DNA from: Candidatus Krumholzibacteriota bacterium | GTDB lineage: Bacteria; Krumholzibacteriota; Krumholzibacteriia; JAJRXK01 | Length of the DNA: 64,000 nucleotides | Direction: 5' to 3' | Assembly (NCBI GenBank): GCA_963727455.1 | Contig: CAVSGG010000003.1 | Span: 128,001 to 192,000, forward strand | Part shown: positions 25,822-34,038 of the stretch, one piece after another | Position numbering within the stretch: position 1 is the stretch's first letter | Layout of the letters: each line of letters opens with the position of its first letter | Translations under genes and position numbers: made by a program | The notes under the pieces: generated by a model | The model's database searches: none | Told to the model about the DNA's origin: nothing | Seen by the model: only the letters and a program-made list of their open reading frames with translations

Positions 25822-27096
25822 ATGAAGGCCCCTTTCATCCTGCGCCTGGCCGCTTCCATCCTTCTCGGCGTGAGCCTCCTGTTCGGCGGCGCGAGTCTGG
25901 CGACCGCCCAGAATCCTTTCTTGAAAGAGCAAGCTCCGCGGGTCATCAAGAAGATCGAAATCACCGGCAACACCACGACGAAGGAATACGTGCTGCGGCG
26001 AGAGCTCGGATTTCAAGAAGGCGATGTCTACGACGACGACGCGCTGAACGACGCCTGGTTCCGGCTGGAGCAACTGAATTTCATCGCATACGTGGACATC
26101 CAAGTCGAGCGCAACGGGCCGGGCGAAGTCGTCCTGAAGATCCAGGTCGAGGAGGACAATCGATTCGACTGGCGGCCCTACTTGCGCTGGGAACGGCGCT
26201 TCGACTGGCTCTATGGACTCTCAGGACAGATGATCAATTTCCGGGGCCGCGCGGAGAGCCTGTGGGCGCGAGCGTACGCGGGACACAAGCAACACCTCTC
26301 CCTCGGCTGGCAGAACCCCTGGATTTTGGGGAGAACGCACCTGGGAGTGGGCGTGAGCGCTTATTACGAACGATACCGCTTCGTCTATCTCCCCTTCCGT
26401 TTCGAGGACGCCGGCGGCAGCGTGGACCTCTGGCACGCACTGACCAAAAATCTGAAGGCAGAGAGCAACTACACCTACCGGGGCGTCAAGATCAGTAATT
26501 CCGGTTCGTCCTTGGTCGATGGAAGCATCACCGATCCCTATCTGAGGGCCGGTCTGGACTACGACAGTCGCGATCTCCGCTATTATCCCAGCCACGGCGT
26601 TCACGCGCGCGCGATGGCCACGCTCGGCGCGCTGGGCTCGGGGGACCTTTCGAGCTATTCCTACTTCGATCTCTCCTTGGCCGGATACCAGGCGGTTCCC
26701 CACCTGGGCATTCTCGCCTCCCGGGTGAGCTACCGCGGTACCGGGGACAGCTTGCCCGTCTACGAACGCAGCTATTTGGGCGGGCCCGACAACATCCGTG
26801 GCGTCGATTTTTCCAGCGTACGCGGTGACGAGAATTTCTTGGCCACCATCGAACTGCGTCGACCCGTCTTTCTCGTGCCCTTACGCGAAGGAAGGGCGGT
26901 GGGCCTGGGATTCCACGCTTTCGTCGACTGGGGTACCGCTTGGGAAGCCGCGCAGAGCATCGGTGACGCGGACATGCGCCATTCGGGGGGGATTGGCCTT
27001 CACCTCAATCTGAACACCTACAATCTGCGCTTCGAATGGGCGTTCAGCGATCACGACGGCAACAGCTTCATCTTCGCTGATCGATTCACCTTCTGA
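25822..27096 (+). CDS. small Omp85/BamA-TamA family outer membrane protein (single POTRA)
   Basis: Signal peptide; IEITGNTTTKEYVLRREL POTRA; YDSRD, LGGPDNIRG, FVDWG; C-terminal FTF. Confidence 0.85.
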   Translation: MKAPFILRLAASILLGVSLLFGGASLATAQNPFLKEQAPRVIKKIEITGNTTTKEYVLRRELGFQEGDVYDDDALNDAWFRLEQLNFIAYVDIQVERNGPGEVVLKIQVEEDNRFDWRPYLRWERRFDWLYGLSGQMINFRGRAESLWARAYAGHKQHLSLGWQNPWILGRTHLGVGVSAYYERYRFVYLPFRFEDAGGSVDLWHALTKNLKAESNYTYRGVKISNSGSSLVDGSITDPYLRAGLDYDSRDLRYYPSHGVHARAMATLGALGSGDLSSYSYFDLSLAGYQAVPHLGILASRVSYRGTGDSLPVYERSYLGGPDNIRGVDFSSVRGDENFLATIELRRPVFLVPLREGRAVGLGFHAFVDWGTAWEAAQSIGDADMRHSGGIGLHLNLNTYNLRFEWAFSDHDGNSFIFADRFTF

Positions 27097-27135
27097 TTCT
27101 GGCGATCCTTCCCTCGACCGAAAGGAGGTGCGGGC

Positions 27136-28191
27136 ATGAGCGAGGCCGAGCGAATCCGCCTCACCCAGTACGCCGGCGCCGCCGGTTGAGCCGCCAAGAT
27201 GAGCCCGGAGGATCTGGGCTCGATCTTGGAGGGTCTGGTCGAATTGGATGAAGATCCAAGAGTATTGGTGGGCTTTGAGTCCGCCGACGACGCCGGAGTC
27301 TATCGCCTGGACGACGAGCGCGCGTTGGTGTTTACCGTCGATTTGATCACGCCCATCGTGAACGATCCGCGCGATTTCGGACGCATCGCCGCCGCGAACT
27401 CGATCAGCGACATCTACGCCATGGGCGCAAAACCTCTCATGGCGCTGAACGTGTCCGGCTTCGAGCCCAAACTGCCCGCGCGTATCTACCGCGAGATCCT
27501 CCAGGGCGCGCGAGAAGTGACCCGAGAGGCCGGCGTGGTGATCCTCGGCGGTCACACCATCAAGGACAAGGAGATCAAGTACGGTCTGGCCGTGGTCGGA
27601 GAGGTGCATCCCGCGAAGTTCCTGCGCAACACCGGGGCCAAAGAGGGAGACGCTCTCTTGCTCAGCAAGGCCCTGGGAACCTCCGCCCTGGCTACCGCTT
27701 TCAAGAACGGCGCCTTCGACGAATCCGATTCACGCTACGGTGCCATGGTCTCCTCCATGACCCGGCTCAATCGGGAGGCGAGCGAGCTGGCTCAGGAGTA
27801 TCACGCCCGCGCGCTCACTGACGTCACCGGTTTCGGTCTGAGTGGGCACATGCTGGAAATGCTCAGCGGAAGCGAACTCAGTTTCGAGATCCGGTTGAGT
27901 GCGCTCCCGGTGCTCGAAGGCGCGCTGGAGATGCTGGAGGCGGGCTACACTTGCGGCGGCGGGGAAGCCAACCGCAAACGCGCCCTGGAAAAGATGGAAC
28001 TGCCCGAGAAAATCGAACTACCTCAGGAGTATCTTTTGCACGACCCGCAAACTTCCGGCGGTCTACTCATGGCGCTCCCCAAAAATGAAGCTTCCAAAGT
28101 CCTCACCCGCCTCAAGGCAAGCGGGCACGCGGCTGCCATCGTGGGCGAGGTCGGCGGCCCCGCCGAGCGCCCACTGCGCGTCCTGCCCTGA
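27136..28191 (+). CDS. selD: selenide, water dikinase (selenocysteine-containing)
   Basis: AAAGGAGG RBS, ATG 27136; reads MSEAERIRLTQYAGAAG-U(TGA 27187-27189)-AAKMSP; DDAGVY, TVDLITP, AANSISDIYAMG, GGHT, DVTGFGL, DPQTSGGLL. Confidence 0.93.
27194..27229 (+). promoter_or_regulatory. bacterial SECIS-like hairpin
   Basis: CCAAGAT-GAGCCCGGA-gga-TCTGGGCTC-g-ATCTTGG stem-loop immediately 3' of the in-frame UGA. Confidence 0.75.
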
Positions 28192-28315
28192 GCCGCGACA
28201 TTTCGCAAAACGGGTCAAACGATTGAAAGATCTTCCTCATTTCATGAATGAGAAGCATATGGACCGCTTGCGTGAGGAGTGGAGGGCAGTTATCTCTTGC
28301 ACAGGCTCCCACATT

Positions 28316-28346
28316 TCGCCGCGCCGTCATTCAGATGGCGCGGTGA
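28316..28346 (+). terminator. hairpin, possible terminator or attenuator between selD and the NYN gene
   Basis: TCGCCGCGCCGTC-attca-GATGGCGCGGTGA, T-rich tract shortly after. Confidence 0.45.
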
Positions 28347-28511
28347 TCTCACTGTTTTGAATTGATCGGAGTGTTGTTTCGAAGAATCTGAACCTTGGAA
28401 CGCTGTGACAATTGGGCTCTCACACCGAACCAAGCTCGTCTCTTTGTGCTCCCATCAAAATGTGGGCGAGTCTGCCGAAATGAATGACCATCGTCATGGA
28501 TTGGAGTCGCA

Positions 28512-29453
28512 ATGGCCGAACGAATCGCCGTCTACGTTGACGGTGCGAATGCATATTTTGCCCAGAAAGAAGCACTGAACTGGTGGATCGACTGGCCCTC
28601 CTTTCTGGAGTGGGTCCAGCGGGACAAGGAACTCGTCAGTGCCCGCTGGTATCAGTCCTACCGCCGCGCCCCCGAGCCCGAGCAGGAGCGCTTCCTGCAC
28701 CATCTCACCATCGTCGGTTACGCGGTGCGCAAAAAAGTCCTCAAATCGATCTACGACCGGGAAACCGGCCAGAATTCGGTGAAGGGAAATCTGAACATCG
28801 AACTCGTGATCGATGCACTGACCGATGCGCCACACTACGACACCATTCTGCTCGTCACGGGTGACAGCGATTTCGTTCCCCTCGTGGAGGCTCTGCGCTC
28901 GCGGGGAAAGCGCGTCCTGGTGGCCGCCACGCAACAAAACGTCGCCGTCGACCTGAGGCAGGCCATCGGCGTCAACTACATCGATCTCGGCGACTTGCGA
29001 GACGAGATCGAAAGCGACAAACGACCTCCCGATCGCAGCGAGAGATTCGAAGACTCCGGCCGCGCTTCGAGCCGCAGCTTCGATTCTCAGGCGGAAGATT
29101 TCGCCGGCGAGCCCAACGGAAACGTGAGACTTCCAGAAGATGATTACAAGGTGACGTCCATTCTGGATCCACACCCACCGAGCGCCCCCAACCAGGACAT
29201 CGTTCTGCCCCAGGAGGGCGAGATCGTTCGCTGCACCGTGCAGTCGGTCAAGAAATACGGGATCTTTCTCGATCTCCACGAAAACGTGAAAACTCTGCTG
29301 CACGTGAAGGACATGAACCGGGGCTACGTTGCCGACGCGGGCCAATACTACCGCGTGGGCCAAGAAGTCCCGGTGCAAGTAGTGGGAATCGATTGGGAAC
29401 GTCAACCACCGGAAGTGCGCGTGCAGGTCGTGACGCCCGAGATGGAGTACTAG
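28512..29453 (+). CDS. NYN (LabA/DUF88) domain protein with C-terminal S1 RNA-binding domain
   Basis: YVDGAN, VTGDSDF, GKRV NYN motifs; GEIVRCTVQSVKKYGIFLDL...LLHVKDM...VGQEVPVQVVGID S1 domain. Confidence 0.88.
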   Translation: MAERIAVYVDGANAYFAQKEALNWWIDWPSFLEWVQRDKELVSARWYQSYRRAPEPEQERFLHHLTIVGYAVRKKVLKSIYDRETGQNSVKGNLNIELVIDALTDAPHYDTILLVTGDSDFVPLVEALRSRGKRVLVAATQQNVAVDLRQAIGVNYIDLGDLRDEIESDKRPPDRSERFEDSGRASSRSFDSQAEDFAGEPNGNVRLPEDDYKVTSILDPHPPSAPNQDIVLPQEGEIVRCTVQSVKKYGIFLDLHENVKTLLHVKDMNRGYVADAGQYYRVGQEVPVQVVGIDWERQPPEVRVQVVTPEMEY

Positions 29454-30343
29454 CCCCCTAGCGGAGCGAAACGATACCCGACGATCTTGAATGCCAGTTT
29501 GGCCGCGGTCTGTTCGTTGACGCGGGTCGAAGGCACGGGAACCGTTTCACAGACATCGGCTCCCAAAAGATCTCCTTTGCTTTCGACGATGAGCGCGCGC
29601 AAGACGGAGATGGTTTTCTCCCAGTTCAGGCCGCCCGGTTGCGGCGTGCCGGTTCCAGGGCATAAAGAGCAGTCGAGCCCGTCCACGTCGATGGTGAGGT
29701 GGATCGGTCCGGCCAACTTCCGTAGTCTCTCCAGGAGTTCCTCGAAGCGCTCTGCTCGACCGAGTTCGTGGTCATAGAAGGTCTCGATGCGAGGGTCTTC
29801 GCGCGCCAGTTCATACTCGCCCTTTTCTGCGCTGCGGATCCCTATGGCCAGAAGTTTCTTTACCCCGAGATCGAGCACGCGCCGCATCGCGCAGGCGTGG
29901 TTGAAGCGGCTTCCCTGATATTCCTCTCGCAAATCGGCGTGCGCGTCGATTTGTACCACCGTCACCTCCGATGGCTGCTTGAGGATTCCCTTGAGGAGCG
30001 CCGCGGTGACCGAGTGCTCACCACCCAATCCCAGATAAAAGGGTGGCGCCAGTCCGTAGCCCGCGCAGACCCGCGTGACCCGGTTGAGGTAAGCCTCCAC
30101 CCTTTCGTCCTCGTCGGCCACGATCGCGGGAAGCACGCAGTATCGGATACTCCCTTCGTGTTCGAAGTCCAGTTCTTCGTCAAAAGTCTCCAGATGCAAG
30201 CTCGCGCGCAGAATTGCATCCGGCGCCGCTGCGGTTCCCTTCCCGTAACTGACCGTGCCCTCGTACGGCGCGCGAATGACCGCGACTTCCGCTTCGTCCA
30301 GAGTGGAATTGGGGAGCTCCAGGAAAGTGAGGGGAGTTTCCAT
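29450..30343 (-). CDS. speB: agmatinase (ureohydrolase family)
   Basis: GGEHS, DAHADLR, DVDGLD, PGTGTP. Confidence 0.85.
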   Translation of the reverse strand: METPLTFLELPNSTLDEAEVAVIRAPYEGTVSYGKGTAAAPDAILRASLHLETFDEELDFEHEGSIRYCVLPAIVADEDERVEAYLNRVTRVCAGYGLAPPFYLGLGGEHSVTAALLKGILKQPSEVTVVQIDAHADLREEYQGSRFNHACAMRRVLDLGVKKLLAIGIRSAEKGEYELAREDPRIETFYDHELGRAERFEELLERLRKLAGPIHLTIDVDGLDCSLCPGTGTPQPGGLNWEKTISVLRALIVESKGDLLGADVCETVPVPSTRVNEQTAAKLAFKIVGYRFAPLGG

Positions 30344-30413
30344 CTTGGTCCCGATTCGCAGGGGTGGTCCCGAATTCTTGGTGTCGTTCCCAGCTCAGAG
30401 GGTGGTCCCGAAC

Positions 30414-32186
30414 TCAGAGAGACTCCACCGAACGCATGAAACCGTCCACCAATTTCGCCATACGGTTTTCGGCGCGTTTCATCGTGGCCTTCAGCTCTTC
30501 CTCCTGCGGGACGGATTCGATGAGTTCGAAATAGAACTTGATCTTGGGCTCGGTTCCGCTGGGCCGCAAAAGAATCCGCGAATCGTCGCTCAGATAGAAG
30601 GCCAGGACGTTGGCGCGGGGAATCTCCCCGCGGGCCACGGATATGTTCTTCCCCTCGCGAAGAACTCGCGACTCGCCGCTGAGGTAGTCGTGGATCACGC
30701 TGACATCGAATTCGTCTCCGAAACTCTGTGGTGAATTTTGCCGCAGACTTTCCATGATGGAAGTGATTCGCGCGGCGCCTCTCTCTCCCGGCATGGTCAA
30801 ACTTTTTTGAAGGGTGAGGTGTAGGCCGAACCGCCGGTAAATCTCCTCCAGTACCTGCAGCACACTGCGGTCGTGTGCCCGATAGAAGCTCGTGAGTTCC
30901 GCGAAGAGGAGAGCAGCCGAAATCCCATCCTTGTCCGCGGTCACCATGCCCACCGAGTAACCCAGGGCCTCCTCGTAGCCCAGGAGCAGCTCCTCCCCCT
31001 TCTCGCGCCGGTGTCTCTGCGAAGCATTGGCAATCCACTTGAAGCCGGTGAGCGTTTCGTCGTACGCCGCGCCGCTGGCCTGCGCCATGGAGGAGAGCAA
31101 ACGCGAGGAGACGATGGTCGTCATGAGCAGAGGCTTGCAGTCGGCGGGCAAGTTCTCGCTGAGAAGATAGTGGGCGAGGATGGCCCCCACCTGGTCTCCG
31201 CTGAGCATGCGATATTCGCCCTGCTCATCGGGCACCGCCACCGCCAGCCTATCGGCGTCCGGATCGTTGGCAAGCACGAGGTCGGCATTCGTCTTTTTCG
31301 CCAAGTCCAGAGACAAATCCATCGCGCCTTCCTCTTCGGGGTTGGGAAAGCGCACCGTGGGAAAGTTCCCGTCCGGTTCGAACTGAGGCTCGACGAGATG
31401 GAGTGGCGCATACTCCGCGCGTCGGAAGAGTTCGACCACCGAAGCTCCGCCGACTCCATGCAGGGGAGTGTAGACGATCGAGAGTTCGCTCTTCTGCTCC
31501 GGGTGACGGCGCAAACGCAAAATGTCATCCAGATAATCTTCGAAGATCTTCTCGTCGATGTCTTTCACCAAACCGGCTCGCCGGGCATCCTCCATCACCG
31601 CGAGGGGAACCTCTTGAAGGCTCTCGATCTCGTCGATCTTGGCCGCAATCCCCTTGTCGTGGGGAGGAATGATCTGTGCCCCATTTCCCCAATACACCTT
31701 GTAGCCGTTGTACTCGGGGGGATTGTGGCTGGCGGTGACCATGACTCCGGCCGCCGCGCCCAGCGCGCGCACGGCGACAGCCACCAAAGGAGTGGGCGAA
31801 AGCCGCAAGAAGAAGTGGACGGTGATTCCCAGTCCGGCCAGGACCTCGGCCGCATCTAGCGCGAACTCGTCCGAAAGCTGCCGTCCGTCGTATCCCACCA
31901 CCACGCCGCGGGTGCGGGCATCCGGCACCTCTTCCAAGAGATAGCGACCGAGGCCGCAGCTCACGCGACGCACCAGGGCGCGATTCATCCGTCCCGGCCC
32001 GGGACCCAGCACTCCCCGCAGACCCGCGGTTCCGAAGTGCAAGCTCTGCGCGAAGCCTTCGCGCAGAGACTGGATGTCATCGGCCGCGAGGCTCTTCTTC
32101 AGAGCCTCTCGCGTTACTGGATCGGGATCTTCGTTCAACCAGCGCTGGGCCTCTTCTCGTAACTCATCCATCGAAGGCGAATTCAT
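30414..32186 (-). CDS. phosphoglucomutase/phosphomannomutase
   Basis: FGTAGLRG, TASHNP, DPDADR, RPSGTEPK. Confidence 0.93.
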   Translation of the reverse strand: MNSPSMDELREEAQRWLNEDPDPVTREALKKSLAADDIQSLREGFAQSLHFGTAGLRGVLGPGPGRMNRALVRRVSCGLGRYLLEEVPDARTRGVVVGYDGRQLSDEFALDAAEVLAGLGITVHFFLRLSPTPLVAVAVRALGAAAGVMVTASHNPPEYNGYKVYWGNGAQIIPPHDKGIAAKIDEIESLQEVPLAVMEDARRAGLVKDIDEKIFEDYLDDILRLRRHPEQKSELSIVYTPLHGVGGASVVELFRRAEYAPLHLVEPQFEPDGNFPTVRFPNPEEEGAMDLSLDLAKKTNADLVLANDPDADRLAVAVPDEQGEYRMLSGDQVGAILAHYLLSENLPADCKPLLMTTIVSSRLLSSMAQASGAAYDETLTGFKWIANASQRHRREKGEELLLGYEEALGYSVGMVTADKDGISAALLFAELTSFYRAHDRSVLQVLEEIYRRFGLHLTLQKSLTMPGERGAARITSIMESLRQNSPQSFGDEFDVSVIHDYLSGESRVLREGKNISVARGEIPRANVLAFYLSDDSRILLRPSGTEPKIKFYFELIESVPQEEELKATMKRAENRMAKLVDGFMRSVESL

Positions 32187-32216
32187 GTTTCACTCTCCTT
32201 GGTGCGCGGCGCGCGT

Positions 32217-32870
32217 TCACGATCGCCGGGGGTTGCGGTGTCTCAAAAGCCAAATCATGAGAGCAATGGAGATGATGAGAATGGTCGCAAAGAGAGTGGG
32301 TTGGGCCTGGATGATCCGAGGATAGAGGAGACTGGTGACCAAGAGTCCCACCAACGCTCCACCGAGATGCGCGTCGTGACCGATGTTTCCCATCCGCGAC
32401 TTGATGCCCCAGATGGAGACGACGAGAAAGAGTACGGCGTAGATGGAGGCGGGAATGGGATAGGGTATGAAGAAGATGTAGATGCTGCTGCCGGGCAAAA
32501 GAAAGATGGAGGCATAAATGACACCGCACACCCCTCCCGAGGCGCCCAGGGCGCGGTAGCTCTCGCCGCGATGCAGCCAGAAGGAGAGCGCGCTTCCGCC
32601 CAGGATGCTGGCGAAGTAAATGAGTAGCAAAATGGCCCCGCCGTAGAGTCTCTCGATGCCCGAAGCGAAGCTGTAGAAGCTGATGAGATTGAACGCGAGG
32701 TGCCCCCAATCGGCGTGAAAGAACGCGCTGGTGATCGTGCGGTACCACTGCCCGTCCCGGACGATCCGTTCGCGATCGAAGAGATAACGCTCGACCAGAG
32801 CGGGACGCGAAAAGCCCTGCCAGGAAATCAGCGCGGTCAGCGCGGTGATGAGTAGCGTCATGAGCGCCAA
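32217..32870 (-). CDS. rhomboid family intramembrane serine protease
   Basis: WYRTITSAFFHADWGHL, GASG, HDAHLGG. Confidence 0.9.
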   Translation of the reverse strand: MALMTLLITALTALISWQGFSRPALVERYLFDRERIVRDGQWYRTITSAFFHADWGHLAFNLISFYSFASGIERLYGGAILLLIYFASILGGSALSFWLHRGESYRALGASGGVCGVIYASIFLLPGSSIYIFFIPYPIPASIYAVLFLVVSIWGIKSRMGNIGHDAHLGGALVGLLVTSLLYPRIIQAQPTLFATILIISIALMIWLLRHRNPRRS

Positions 32871-33042
32871 AACTCCGCATGCATACCTTCGCCTCCTCGG
32901 CGCGGTCCCCCGGAGGGGGTTCGAGCCCCGCGGGATTGCCTCCGTCCTAGTCTTTCACTATACAATGCGAGACACCTCTGGCAATGAAACTGCAACATTC
33001 TCGCTCGAGCTGCGCTTCGCACGGCGCGGTAGTGGAGATGAC

Positions 33043-34038
33043 ATGAAGATTCCGTTCTCGTTCCGCCTCTCCGCCTTTCTCCTTCTTCTCGCACCGAGCC
33101 TTCCATTTTCTTCGGCGGCTGCCAGCTGGGATGGGCAGAGCTGGGCCGACTATTCGCAGTTCTTGGGTCCCATCGACTCGGGCATGAAGCAACATCTGCA
33201 GACCATCCTGAGCAGCGGCCAGCAACAGGGCCGCACCCCTGGACGCATGGGGCAAATCGGCGACTCCATCACCTACTCCGACGCGTACTTTCGCAACGCA
33301 GAGGCCTTCGACCTGACGAACAACGAGACCGGACACGACTATGGCCCGGTTCGCTCATGGATCGCCTATGACAGTACGCAGCCCGCCGACGGAAATTCCT
33401 TCTACCGTGATCATGGAAAGGGAAGCGGCTACGGAAATGAGGGCGGCTGGACCCTCTTCCGTGCCATTTCGGACGGACATCCCGAGAAATCGGTTCTGGT
33501 CGGCGACGGCACGACGCCGGGCAATTTTTCCTGGGTGCTCATCATGTTCGGCACCAACGACATCAACGATCCCAACTGGAACGCCAACGGCTGGAAGAGC
33601 GAGTACCACGACTTCATCCAGGGCTACATCGACCTGGGAGTCATTCCCGTTTTGAGCACGATACCTCCCTCGGCGGAGCACTTCGACGATGGGCGCGTGG
33701 ATCTCGCCAACCAGAAGGTGCTGGAGCTCTCCAGCGAAATGCAAGTGCCCTATGTCGACTTCCACGCTTTGGTCATGTACTACCAGCCCGACTCGTGGGT
33801 GAACTCCTTGATCTCCTCGGACGGCATCCATCCCTCGGCCGGAGGGGGCGGTGTCGATTTTTCAAAGGACGGCCTGACCTCCACCGACGGCTATGCTGCT
33901 CGCACGAAACTCAGCTTCGACATGGCCGAGAAGCTCCAGCGCATCGTGTTCGACAACGGTGCCCCGGACGGCCAACTCCCGGCCAAGGGCCAGAGCATGG
34001 GTTCGCTCAAGTCGGGTTTTTCTGGCGGCGGAAGCTGA
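33043..34038 (+). CDS. secreted SGNH/GDSL hydrolase with SMGSLKSGF C-terminal tail
   Basis: Signal peptide from ATG 33043; GDSIT, MFGTND, DGIHP blocks. Confidence 0.85.
   Translation: MKIPFSFRLSAFLLLLAPSLPFSSAAASWDGQSWADYSQFLGPIDSGMKQHLQTILSSGQQQGRTPGRMGQIGDSITYSDAYFRNAEAFDLTNNETGHDYGPVRSWIAYDSTQPADGNSFYRDHGKGSGYGNEGGWTLFRAISDGHPEKSVLVGDGTTPGNFSWVLIMFGTNDINDPNWNANGWKSEYHDFIQGYIDLGVIPVLSTIPPSAEHFDDGRVDLANQKVLELSSEMQVPYVDFHALVMYYQPDSWVNSLISSDGIHPSAGGGGVDFSKDGLTSTDGYAARTKLSFDMAEKLQRIVFDNGAPDGQLPAKGQSMGSLKSGFSGGGS

Noticed and set aside
32900-32935. tRNA fragment (GGGGTTCGAGCCCC resembles a T-arm)
   Set aside because: No acceptor, D or anticodon arms can be built around it.
34007-34038. 32-bp convergent overlap of the SGNH and ATPase genes
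   Set aside because: Short tail-to-tail overlaps are common in compact GC-rich genomes.
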